Assembly (NCBI GenBank): GCA_946414095.1
Contig: CAMKNB010000001.1
Coordinates: 3,591-67,590 of the forward strand
Reading direction: 5' to 3'
Length of the DNA stretch: 64,000 nucleotides
DNA from: an uncultured Mycoplasmatota bacterium
Lineage (GTDB): Bacteria > Bacillota_I > Bacilli_A > RF39 > UBA660
Shown here: positions 9,701-18,900 of the stretch, piece after piece
Position numbering within the stretch: the first letter of the stretch is position 1
Layout of the letters: every line of letters starts with the position of its first letter
Translations under genes and position numbers: made by a program
The notes under the pieces: generated by a model
The model's input: the letters and a program-made list of their open reading frames with translations, nothing else
Database searches by the model: none
Told to the model about the DNA's origin: nothing

Positions 9701-9910
9701 ATGGGAATTGGAATTACATTAGTATTTATACCAATTATTAATTATATAATTCATAGTCTTACTGGAAATGTAAATATTAGTGCTACGATATCAATATTAT
9801 CATCTCTAATATTAATTGCTTTAAGTGTCGTACTAACTCTAATTGGTGGATTAATTCCATCAAGAAAAGCAAGTAAACAAGACCCAGTAGTTGCACTTAG
9901 AACAGAATAA
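6710..9910 (+). CDS. Fused MacB/FtsX-type ABC transporter (ATPase + permease), 1066 aa
   Basis: Walker A GPSGSGKTT, signature LSGGQMQR, Walker B LLADEPTGALD. C-terminal FtsX module (ERTKEIGILRAIGASKRNV.. plus 3 TM). About 600 aa lie between TM1 and the FtsX helices. Confidence 0.9.
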   Translation: MLELKKITKIYETGSLKQKALDGVSLNFRKSEFASILGPSGSGKTTLLNIIGGLDKYTSGDLIINGISTKEYKDSNWDSYRNHRIGFVFQSYNLISHQSVLQNVSLALTLSGISKKEGIEKAKKALKEVGLAEHIYKKPNQLSGGQMQRVAIARALVNDPDILLADEPTGALDSETSIQIMNILKKISNNKLVIMVTHNPELANEYSNRIIKLKDGKITSDSNPFDGKEDTSDETNKTGKTFMSFLTALSLSFNNLMTKKGRTILVSLAESIGIIGIALILALSTGFQNYIDKIQEDTLSSYPLTIYEENADMTQMLLSMMGSEEDDSMEDNKVYERQFISSMFGNVSKNDLKSFKNYLENNYNLVENDITSYKYSYSVSPVIYSKYNKKLVKLNPNSMFSSFGNNSIYSQYSNIYYEMMDDTESLNEQFTILAGNWPKNFNELIIVLSEPHTIADMLVYYLGLRDTNEINEMVSKMMAGEEVKINNEPFEFTYDELMNLDLRLINNPDLYKYNSKYDIYEDMSEDEDYIEKLYSKALKLKIVGIVCPKDGMSSLALQNGIAYTSKLTDYIIENSSKTEIVKKQLRNKKIDVFSNTNFDDKKKNSNLDFEDLIKVDKKKIESAFNIKIDEKTIKNTTTNYMNDISSSITADISTAKKLFDSNLKNITKSLISDYVKNPKETFSNPLMPNMTIPIIYVNDVDSIVSDYMKKSETKSILNDMEKKYVIPSSIYENTYTSLISGLLKGYIVSYNQMDKTYTKDESNEGAIITDAASDKMLEEFMAQTVVISTSNTMAEKMTEALMQKEILTKVGELSGTLMSSLANAFDVNPNALAEAFKFDLSEDELKRIMNAMTSSNSGGNAKANLITLGYQDKEEPTSIAFYFKSFDSKEHFIDFVDDYNDKMEKIEENDKVLNYTDATGILMSSVKKVVNSVSYVLIAFVSISLVVSSIMIGIITYISVLERTKEIGILRAIGASKRNVSSIFNAETFIIGLLSGLMGIGITLVFIPIINYIIHSLTGNVNISATISILSSLILIALSVVLTLIGGLIPSRKASKQDPVVALRTE

Positions 9911-9938
9911 AAGAATTTCATTTATGAAATTCTTTTTT
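9911..9938 (+). terminator. Rho-independent terminator
   Basis: 10-bp stem AAGAATTTCA / TGAAATTCTT plus a T-run. Confidence 0.85.
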
Positions 9939-10004
9939 GTTAAGTAAATGTTAATTTAGTTGTAAAGTGAATCATAGTTTATTTTAGTGTGTTATAATTA
10001 ATTT

Positions 10005-10556
10005 ATGGAAAATAGTATAATTGAAAAAATTAGAACAAGTTCAAAAGATATTATCAAAGATAATAATTTTTTGTTTGCGGCATTTGAAAATAGATTAGTT
10101 ATAAGATTAACACATATCTTTGAAAAATATAAACTTCCAATTAATAAAAATATAATAAAAAAGAATATGGAAGAAAACTTAATAAATAATTTAACTGATG
10201 CTAATAAAGAAATAATTGAGAGATATGTTAAATTATTATCAAACTATGAAAAAATAATATTTGAATATGTAAAAAATAATACAAAAACAGAAATAATAAA
10301 GAAATCAACAATGGGATTTATAGAAAAGATTTCATCTAAAAACAAAACATTTATTACCGCTAGTTGTTGTGCAAATTTTTTAGAAAGTATTAATTCTATG
10401 ATATATGTTTATGATAATAAAGATTTGAATAGTGAAGTAACAAATAGAATAACTAATGATGTAAAAGAAATATTAAATGAGTTTAATAGAAATAATTATA
10501 ATTTTGTTATTGAATCAATAAATGAAATAATTAAAAATATAATTAAAAATATGTAA
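10005..10556 (+). CDS. Hypothetical protein, 183 aa
   Basis: Long ORF with no SD. Extended -10 TGTTATAAT ends 6 nt before the ATG (possible leaderless mRNA). Confidence 0.55.
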   Translation: MENSIIEKIRTSSKDIIKDNNFLFAAFENRLVIRLTHIFEKYKLPINKNIIKKNMEENLINNLTDANKEIIERYVKLLSNYEKIIFEYVKNNTKTEIIKKSTMGFIEKISSKNKTFITASCCANFLESINSMIYVYDNKDLNSEVTNRITNDVKEILNEFNRNNYNFVIESINEIIKNIIKNM

Positions 10557-10565
10557 GGAGAAAAA

Positions 10566-11444
10566 ATGAATTTAATAGAATATAAGAAGTTTGAACCAAT
10601 ATATGTAATTGGACATGAACATTCCGATGTAGATTCTATTGTTTCTTCTAAAATAATGTGTGATATATTTAATGATTCGGGTATCAAATCATATTATGCA
10701 ATTTTGGATAGTGATTATGAAATAGATGATTATAATAAAAGCTTGATAGATGAGTGCATGAATTATAATCCAGTAGTAATTAAAAGAAAAGATATTAACA
10801 AATATAATTGGTTTTTAGTAGATCATAATGATGTTTCACAATCATTAAAAACTAGTACTAATGTTATTGGATGCATAGATCATCATATTAATTCTAATCA
10901 AATAAAAAATGTAATGTTAAGTGATGTGTGTGCTAATGCATTATTTATTTATGATATTTTTAAAAGTGAATATGATTTTTCTAATGAACAGAAATATCAA
11001 ATATTTATTGCTTTTTTATGTGATTCAACATATGGAAAATCTTCAAAGTATAGATTAGAAGATGGTAAACTTGCTGATAAACTGGGTTTTGGTCATGATT
11101 ATGAAAAATACTTTAAGAAATTTTTTAAAACAACAGATTTATCAAAAGGAGTAAAAGAAGCATTATATACTTCATACAAAAAATATGTTTTTGATAAAAT
11201 AGAATTTGAGAGTAGTTCTATTAGTTCATATGGAACTAAAGGATTAAATGAATATAAAAGTTTAATATCTAATATTAACTCATTTTTTGGTATATGGAAA
11301 GATTATAAAAGCAATAAAACTTATGTATTTTTTAATTATAAAAATAAATTAAAAGAATTTAATTATAATTTTATTGCATCTAGAGCAACAACTATATTGA
11401 ATGATGTGTTAAAATATATAAAGGAAGGTGATATAGATGAGTGA
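10566..11444 (+). CDS. DHH-family phosphoesterase
   Basis: Motifs GHEHSDVDS (DHH motif I), LVDHND, and IDHHINS (DHH). Confidence 0.75.
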   Translation: MNLIEYKKFEPIYVIGHEHSDVDSIVSSKIMCDIFNDSGIKSYYAILDSDYEIDDYNKSLIDECMNYNPVVIKRKDINKYNWFLVDHNDVSQSLKTSTNVIGCIDHHINSNQIKNVMLSDVCANALFIYDIFKSEYDFSNEQKYQIFIAFLCDSTYGKSSKYRLEDGKLADKLGFGHDYEKYFKKFFKTTDLSKGVKEALYTSYKKYVFDKIEFESSSISSYGTKGLNEYKSLISNINSFFGIWKDYKSNKTYVFFNYKNKLKEFNYNFIASRATTILNDVLKYIKEGDIDE

Positions 11445-11874
11445 AGTATTTAAATTAGTAAAAGAATTTAAGAAGAAATTTCCACTAACAGTAGCATTTA
11501 GAACAAGGAAACATTCTAAAATAATCGATATGCATTTAAATCCCAATGAAAAATTATTATATGTTTTTTGTGGCCAAAAAAATGTTAGTTCACTAATGTT
11601 TATTAATTCATGTGTAGTAGCATTAACAAATAAAAGAATAATGATTGGTCAAAAAAGATTGTTATGGGGATATTTTTTTACAACAGTTACACCTGATTTA
11701 TATAATGACTTAAAAGTAAGAAAGAATTTAATTTGGAGTGATGTAGAAATAGATACAGTTAAAGAAAATGTATACATTTCTAATTTAGATCCAAAAGCAG
11801 CAATAGAAATTGAAACAGTAATAACTGAATTTATGATGAAAGAGAAAAAGAAATATGCAAAACAAAATAATTAA
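11437..11874 (+). CDS. Bacterial PH-domain (YokE-like) protein
   Basis: ..LLYVFCGQKN..VALTNKRIMIGQKRLLWGYF.. resembles bPH/YokE-like proteins. Overlaps the upstream gene by 8 nt (ATGAGTGA). Confidence 0.45.
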   Translation: MSEVFKLVKEFKKKFPLTVAFRTRKHSKIIDMHLNPNEKLLYVFCGQKNVSSLMFINSCVVALTNKRIMIGQKRLLWGYFFTTVTPDLYNDLKVRKNLIWSDVEIDTVKENVYISNLDPKAAIEIETVITEFMMKEKKKYAKQNN

Positions 11875-13051
11875 AATATTATTAGCAGTAGTAGTATTTT
11901 TTGAAGTTGTAAGAGCAGATGATATAAAATTAGTAAGTGAAAGATATATTCTTTATAATATGAATGATAATAGTGTTTTACTTGAAAAAGATAGTCATGA
12001 TGAAGTAAGTATTGCTAGTCTTACAAAAATAATGACAGTAATAGTAGCTATTGAAAATATTAACGACTATAATAAAATAGTTACTATTAAAAAAAGTATG
12101 ATAGATGATATTGCATGGGATGTAGCAACCGCTGGATTTAGGGTTGGCGACAAATTAACTTATAATGATTTATTATATGCAGCAATACTATCTAGTGGTG
12201 CTGATGCAGTAAATGCACTAGCTGAAAGTGTATCTGGAAGCAGAAGTGAATTTATAAAATTAATGAATCAAAAAGTAAGTGAATTAGGTCTTAAAAATAC
12301 ACATTTTCAAAACGTAATAGGATTATATAGTAAATCAAATTATAGTAGTGCATATGATATGGCACAAATATTAATTTATGCATTAAAAAATGAAAAATTT
12401 AAAAGTGTATTTGAAACAAATAATTATAAACTTTCAAATGGAAAGATAATAAAAAGTACAATTGAAAAATATAATAATAAGAATAATTTAAATATTTCTT
12501 TTATAACCGGATCTAAAACAGGATATATTAGTAAGGCTGGCTTTTGTTTAGCATCAACTGCAACATTAAATAATGTTAATTATTTGTTAATTACATTGAA
12601 TGCATTTTCAAATGAAGCAAATGTTCATATAAAAGACCATATCAAAACATATAATTATTTTAATAATAATTATGGTTATAAAAAAATAGTTGATGAGGAA
12701 GATATAATAACTACTTTAAAAACAAAATATGCAAAAGAAAAAAATATAGATATTAAAGCGAATAAAGCTATTAATAAATATGTTAAAAATGATTTTGATA
12801 AATCTAAAGTAGAATATATATATGATGGTAGAGATAGTATATCTTATTTTACATCTATAGGTACAAAACTTGGTAGTGTTAAAGTAAATTATGATGGTAA
12901 AACAATAGATGAATTTGATCTTATATATCATACGAAGTTAACTTTTAGTTTGTTATCATTTATATGGATTAATAAATATTGGATTATATTTTTTGCATTA
13001 TTTATCTTTTTACTGGTATATACAAAGAGAGCAAAGATAAAAAGGAGTTAA
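11855..13051 (+). CDS. D-alanyl-D-alanine carboxypeptidase (peptidase S11), C-terminally membrane-anchored
   Basis: SxxK motif SIASLTKIMT, SGAD (SxN-like) region, KTGY motif (GSKTGYI). Signal peptide and C-terminal TM. Confidence 0.85.
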   Translation: MQNKIIKILLAVVVFFEVVRADDIKLVSERYILYNMNDNSVLLEKDSHDEVSIASLTKIMTVIVAIENINDYNKIVTIKKSMIDDIAWDVATAGFRVGDKLTYNDLLYAAILSSGADAVNALAESVSGSRSEFIKLMNQKVSELGLKNTHFQNVIGLYSKSNYSSAYDMAQILIYALKNEKFKSVFETNNYKLSNGKIIKSTIEKYNNKNNLNISFITGSKTGYISKAGFCLASTATLNNVNYLLITLNAFSNEANVHIKDHIKTYNYFNNNYGYKKIVDEEDIITTLKTKYAKEKNIDIKANKAINKYVKNDFDKSKVEYIYDGRDSISYFTSIGTKLGSVKVNYDGKTIDEFDLIYHTKLTFSLLSFIWINKYWIIFFALFIFLLVYTKRAKIKRS

Positions 13052-13218
13052 TAAAGATGCATCAAAAATAGAAGTAAATAAAAAAACGTATTCTAAACAG
13101 TTATTGTCAAAAAATAAAAACAATTTAACTTATAAGTTGACAATAAGTAATTAAAATTTTAAAATGATATTAGAGGTTTTTATACTTCTAGAAAGAGATA
13201 TAATGGAGGAAAAGAATT

Positions 13219-14772
13219 ATGGATAGCACAATTTTCTCCATTTTGCTTGTAGTAGTTGGATTGTTTGTAGGTGCTACGATAGTTTTGATTTTTAATAAAC
13301 TAAAAGTTAGTGCTGCACAAAAGGAAGCTAATAAATTAATTCAAGATGCTAAAAAAGAAGCTGAAAAAGCTAAAAGAGATGGTATTCTAGAATTAAAAGA
13401 AGAGAGTTTTAAATTAAAAAAACAGACTGATGAAGAGATTAAGGAAAAGAAAAAAGAACTTAATGATCTTAATCAAAGAATTGATAACAGAGAGAAAAGT
13501 TTAGATAAGCGTGATGAATTATTAACTGAAAGAGAAAAAAACTTAGAACAAAAAGATAAAGATTTATTGGCACAACAAAAAGAAATTCAAGAAAAAGATG
13601 CAAAAATGGAGAGTATCATAAAAGAGCAAATAGCTCTTTTAGAAAAAATCTCTGGTTTTTCTAAGGAAAAAGCAAGAGAATTAGTTATGAAAAAGGTAGA
13701 AGACGAAATGAATAGGGAAATAGCTGTCTACCTAAAAGAGAGAGAGGATAGTGCAAAATTAGAAGCTGATAAAAAAGCAAGAGAAATATTAGTTTCTAGT
13801 ATGCATAGATACTCAAATGATGTAGCTGGTGAACAAACTGTTAGTACAGTAGAACTTCCTAATGATGAAATGAAGGGAAGAATTATTGGTAGAGAAGGTA
13901 GAAATATTAGAACAATTGAGGCTGTTACCGGAGTAGATTTAATAATAGATGATACTCCTGAAGTAATAGTATTATCTTCTTTTGATCCATTAAGACGTGA
14001 AATTGCTAAAGTTACACTTGAAACATTGATTAAAGATGGACGTATACATCCTGCAAGAATTGAAGAACTTTATGATAAAGTTTGTGAAGATTATAAAAAG
14101 ATTATACGTGAAAAAGGAGAAGAAGCATTATTTGAACTTGGTTTGTCAAAAGTTGATCCAGAATTAGTTGAAACAATTGGTAAGCTTGCTTTTAGAACAA
14201 GCTATGGACAAAATGCTTTACAACATAGTATTGAAGTTGCTCATTTAAGTGGTCTTATGGCTAGTGAACTTGGGGAAAATGTTAATCTAGCTAAAAGGGC
14301 TGGTTTACTTCATGATATAGGAAAAGCTATTGATTTTGAAGTAGAAGGTTCTCATGTTGAGATAGGAGCAGATATTGCTAAAAAATATGGTGAAGATAAA
14401 GTTGTTATTAATGCTATTGAATCTCACCATGGTGATAAGAAAAGTGAATATGTTATTTCTGAACTTGTTGCTATTGCAGATACATTAAGTGCTGCAAGAC
14501 CTGGTGCAAGAAATGATTCATTAGAAAATTATGTTAAGAGATTAGAAGAACTTGAAAAGATTGGAAATGAAATAGAGGGTGTTGATAAGACATTTGCTAT
14601 GCAAGCAGGTAGAGAATTAAGAGTAGTTGTTAAACCTGAAGAAATAGATGATCTTACAAGTTATAAAGTAGCAAGAGAAATCAAGGATAAAATTGAAGAA
14701 ACAATGCAATATCCAGGTACTATTAAAGTTGTAGTTATTAGAGAAACAAGAGCTGAAGAAGTTGCTAAATAG
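13219..14772 (+). CDS. rny: Ribonuclease Y
   Basis: N-terminal TM, long coiled coil, KH domain (GRIIGREGRNIRTIEAVTGV), HD domain (HSIEVAHL..LLHDIGKA), C-terminus ..IKVVVIRETRAEEVAK. Confidence 0.97.
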   Translation: MDSTIFSILLVVVGLFVGATIVLIFNKLKVSAAQKEANKLIQDAKKEAEKAKRDGILELKEESFKLKKQTDEEIKEKKKELNDLNQRIDNREKSLDKRDELLTEREKNLEQKDKDLLAQQKEIQEKDAKMESIIKEQIALLEKISGFSKEKARELVMKKVEDEMNREIAVYLKEREDSAKLEADKKAREILVSSMHRYSNDVAGEQTVSTVELPNDEMKGRIIGREGRNIRTIEAVTGVDLIIDDTPEVIVLSSFDPLRREIAKVTLETLIKDGRIHPARIEELYDKVCEDYKKIIREKGEEALFELGLSKVDPELVETIGKLAFRTSYGQNALQHSIEVAHLSGLMASELGENVNLAKRAGLLHDIGKAIDFEVEGSHVEIGADIAKKYGEDKVVINAIESHHGDKKSEYVISELVAIADTLSAARPGARNDSLENYVKRLEELEKIGNEIEGVDKTFAMQAGRELRVVVKPEEIDDLTSYKVAREIKDKIEETMQYPGTIKVVVIRETRAEEVAK

Positions 14773-14796
14773 TGACTTCTTTTATTGTTAGCAAAA

Positions 14797-14825
14797 TTGA
14801 CAAAATTGCTTTTTTGTGCTATACT
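14797..14825 (+). promoter_or_regulatory. Sigma-A type promoter driving the riboswitch leader
   Basis: TTGACA (14797-14802), 17-nt spacer, TGc-TATACT extended -10 (14817-14825). Confidence 0.65.
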
Positions 14826-14836
14826 TAATATGTAAT

Positions 14837-14921
14837 TGAAAGGGAGTAGTTCCTATATAATAATAGAACTAATTCGTCAACTCGATAATTATATCCGGAT
14901 TAGATTAGAACGAGACTTTCA
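14837..14921 (+). promoter_or_regulatory. yybP-ykoY family (Mn2+-sensing) riboswitch aptamer
   Basis: P1 TGAAAG/CTTTCA. Conserved L1 GGAGUAG (14843-14849). CTAAT-UCGUCAACUCG-hairpin-CCGG-ATTAG (14869-14903) parallels CAAAG-UCGUCAAUUCG-..-CCGG-CUUUG of the Lactococcus lactis Mn riboswitch. 3' UUAGAACGAGAC-CUUUC parallels UUAGCAAGAC-CUUUC. Confidence 0.7.
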
Positions 14922-14944
14922 CACAATGTGTGAGAGTCTTTTTT
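14913..14944 (+). terminator. Riboswitch expression-platform terminator
   Basis: 12-bp stem AGACTTTCACAC / GTGTGAGAGTCT, loop AAT, T-run. Its 5' arm contains the P1 3' strand (14916-14921), so P1 and the terminator are mutually exclusive. Confidence 0.75.
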
Positions 14945-15022
14945 GATATCTCACAGGAAAGGAGTGATGAATAATATAAAAAATGAAAATTAAAAATACA
15001 AAAAATATAGGGAGGTTATTAA

Positions 15023-15820
15023 ATGAATGAATTTTTTGAATTTTTAAAGAAGAATAGTGAAACTATGTATGAAAAAATAGGGGAAAAGGTGAATAAGGGT
15101 AAAGATTTATTATCTACACTTAGTAAAAGAGATAGTGATAAAGATGTGTATGATGTAATTAATGATAGAGCAAATAAAAGTTTTAAAGAATTTTTGCTTG
15201 TATTACCTAAACTTGCAACACTTGTATTTAGAGCAAATAAATTAAAGAGTGAAGGAAAAGATTTAGGACCTATAGAACATGATTTAATTCTTATAATAAA
15301 GAAGATTGTACCTGTTGCTATAGATGCATCACATCACTCTTATGAAGTCTATAAAGAAATAGATTATAATTATGGAAATGATAGATTGTTAGAATATGTT
15401 AAAGAAAACGGAAAAAATCCATTAGAATTTGCATATAATTATAATAGTAATAAAAATGTTATAATGAAATTTTTAGCAATTCTATCAATTCTAGATGAAG
15501 AAGGGGTAAATCTTGATTATTTTAATGATCCAAGTATCGCTCTTAGAGTTCTTCAAGGTGAAAGCGAAATGGATATAGTGTCAGAAAAGTTTGATAATTT
15601 AAGTCCAGAATCAGTAAAAGAAATTGATAAATTGCTTGATAAAGAAACAAGTTATTTAGATTTAACTCCTGAACAAATTAATCGCTTAGATAGATATCAT
15701 TATAAATATATGAATAATAATGTATATCCAAATATGACTGAGAATAATAATATTAGTAAGCCAGAAGATAGAGTTTTAAAACTTGCTTCAAAACTTGGAA
15801 ATAAGCAAATAAGCAAATAA
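15023..15820 (+). CDS. Hypothetical soluble protein, 265 aa
   Basis: Strong GGGAGG RBS. No TM segments or recognisable motifs. First gene after the riboswitch. Confidence 0.6.
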   Translation: MNEFFEFLKKNSETMYEKIGEKVNKGKDLLSTLSKRDSDKDVYDVINDRANKSFKEFLLVLPKLATLVFRANKLKSEGKDLGPIEHDLILIIKKIVPVAIDASHHSYEVYKEIDYNYGNDRLLEYVKENGKNPLEFAYNYNSNKNVIMKFLAILSILDEEGVNLDYFNDPSIALRVLQGESEMDIVSEKFDNLSPESVKEIDKLLDKETSYLDLTPEQINRLDRYHYKYMNNNVYPNMTENNNISKPEDRVLKLASKLGNKQISK

Positions 15821-15855
15821 TAACTATTGAATTTTTTTGTTAATTAGTATTATAT

Positions 15856-15880
15856 AAGAAGTAGAAATACTTCTTTTTTT
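15856..15880 (+). terminator. Rho-independent terminator
   Basis: AAGAAGTA-gaaa-TACTTCTT plus T-run. Confidence 0.8.
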
Positions 15881-15911
15881 ATGATATTATATACATAGTA
15901 GGTGATAAAAG

Positions 15912-18900
15912 ATGAAGAAAAGTGGATTCACATTAGTAGAAGTAATAGTAAGTATAGTATTGGTAAGCGTAATAATGGTGAGTATGCTAGCATCATTAGT
16001 AAAGCTTAGGGATACTTATACTGTGATACATGAAAATAGTGATGTAATAGTATACACATCATCAATTGCAAGAGTAATAAATAATGATTTGATGAAGAAT
16101 AATGGAATTAGATATGCAAATTGTACTCCAAATGGTCTTGAATGTGAATTTATATTAGGTAATGATCAAAAAAGAAAATTAGAGATAATAAAAGAAGGAG
16201 AAGATGTAGATTTATGTGATTATAGAAATAGAAGAGGAAAAGATGCAACACATGAAAGAATAACAACCACATTAAAATACACTAATACTTCAGAGTTAGG
16301 TAATGAAGGAGAATTAATATATATAAGAACACTAACATTGGATAGATATACAGAATATTCAAATTGTATAGATGGAACACAAACTGATAAATGTGAAGAG
16401 GATTTAAAAAATAATTGTAAGAAAGGTACAGTAACAACAGAAGGATATAATTTTTATGATATGAATGTACCTGATCAAAATTTATATTATGGAGATAATA
16501 ATCTAGTAGATGCAATATCAAAAGTTAATATAAGAATATGGGATGGAAAAAACGAAGAAAGTACAAAATATGATATTGTGTTATATAGTTCTGGAAGATA
16601 TGATGATAGTGAATTAGTAGGAAATACATATAAGATTGCACTTGATACTAATGGAGCAACAGAGTCTGGTACAGTAGAATTAGATGAAGTTTTTGGAGTA
16701 GCTTATTTTGATAGTGAAAAGAGTCATTCAAGTAAGAATATATTAAGAAAGATAGAAAAACCTGTAAAAACAGAAAATGGAAAACCAATGGCATTTTTAG
16801 GATACTATTATTATAAAGGTAGTGCTGATACATTAGGAACTCAAATAATAGATTCTAAAGGAACAATTGTAGCTTCAAGTAGAATATTTAGAAATGATAT
16901 AGAATTAAAAAATCTAGAAGGATTAAGTGAAGAAGATAGGCAAGCCCACGAAAGAGTAGTTGCAATGTGGGAAGAATGTTCTGGAGGATATAGGGTAGAA
17001 GATGGTGAATGTGTAGCAGAGACTTATACAGTAGAGTTAGATAAAAATGGTGGAACAGGAGGAATTAATAGTTATACAGCATCATATATGTCTCTAGTTC
17101 CAAATATATCTTCAAGTGGTTTACCTTCAAAAGCAGGATATAAATTTTCAGGGTATTATGAAGGAACTACAGAATATAATGATGAAACTGGAAAAGGAAA
17201 AGTAATATATAATCATACAAATGGTATAACGATAACTGCGAAATGGAACCCAAATACATATCAAGTATTATTTAATGTAAATGGTGGAAATGCATGGACA
17301 GGTAACACATGTGGAAGTGGATATACATTTACAAGTGGTAGTAATACATGTGCAAAGAGTGTAACATATGGATTAGCTTATGATTCTATGCCAACTCCAA
17401 TAAGAACAGGTTATACATTTGATGGATGGTATACTTCAGCAAGTGGAGGAACAAAGATAGAAACATCAACAACTTTTTCAATAACATCAACGCAAACATT
17501 ATATGCCCATTGGAAAGCTAATACATACCAAGTAACATTTAATGTAAATGGAGGAAATGCATGGACAAGCACAACATGTGGAAGTGGTTATACATTTACA
17601 AGTAGTTCTAATACATGTGTAAAGAATGTAACATATGGTTCAACTTATGGATCTATGCCAACTCCAACAAGAACAGGTTATACATTTGATGGATGGTATA
17701 CTTCAACAAGTGGAGGAACAAAGATATCAACATCAACAACTGTTGCAATAACATCAGCCCAAACATTATATGCCCATTGGACAGTTAAAGCATACCAAGT
17801 AACATTTAATGTAAACGGAGGAAATGCATGGACAAGCACAACATGTGGAAGTGGTTATACATTTACAAGTAGTAGTAAGGCATGTGCGAAGAATGTAACA
17901 TATTCATCAACTTATGGATCTATGCCAACTCCGACAAGAACAGGAAATACATTCGAAGGATGGTATACTTCTGCAAGTGGAGGAACTAAAATAGAAACAT
18001 CAACAAATGTTACAATAACATCAGCCCAAACGTTATATGCCCATTGGAAAGATGAGACCAAGCCAACAGTTAAAATAACAGCATATAACTATGATTCAAG
18101 TAAAACAAATAAAGTTGGTTCAACAACACTAAAATCTCAATCAACATTCACATCAGATGGAACATATACAGTAAGTAGTGATTGGTTAAATAGTGGAGTA
18201 ACATTTAAAATTGAATCATCAGATAATGACTCTGGTATTGAAAAAATCGTGTGGAAGTGGAATGTAACTGGTAGTTTGATAGATACAGGAAGTGAATATA
18301 ATGGCTCAAGTAGTCCAAGTACTTATACTACTGATTTGGCAATAAAATATCCGACATTTACAGGAAATGGATATAGAAAAGGACAATGGGTAGTAACAGA
18401 CAATGAAGGTAATGTATTAACAGTAACAATAGTAGCCAAAGTAGATACAACAAAACCAACAGCAACATATACAACAACAACTACACAAGCTTCATTAAAA
18501 TGTGAGGATAATATTGGACTTTCTGGATACTATTTTGGAACAAAAAGTTCACCAGCAGCTAGTGATTATACTTCAGCAAGTGGAACAAGTAAATCTTGGA
18601 CAAATAATATGACATCTGCAGGGACATATTATGTATTCTGTAAAGATGTTGTAGGAAATGTATCAAGTTCAAGTAAAACATACTATTCAGTAACATACAA
18701 TGCCAATGGAGGAACTGGAGCTCCAGCTGCACAATTAAAAGTTCATGGAGTAAATTTAACATTATCAAATGGTACGTTAAATAGAAAATATAGTACTTTT
18801 ACAGGTTGGAATACATCTTCAAACGGAAGTGGAGTTAGCTATTCAAATGGTGGGTCATATACAGGTAATGCTAATTTGACATTATATGCTCAATATAAAT

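Noticed and set aside
14946-15022. 8-codon ORF (MNNIKNEN) after the riboswitch terminator, considered as a leader peptide
   Set aside because: The AAGGAG is only 2-3 nt from its ATG, the ORF is very short and unconserved-looking, and the riboswitch terminator already explains regulation.
17253-18053. Tandem repeats as a CRISPR array or the variable region of a diversity-generating retroelement
   Set aside because: - The units are 267 bp, contiguous, in frame and encode Flg_new modules, with no spacers.
- No reverse transcriptase or template repeat is present in the window.
- Differences between copies are not adenine-specific.
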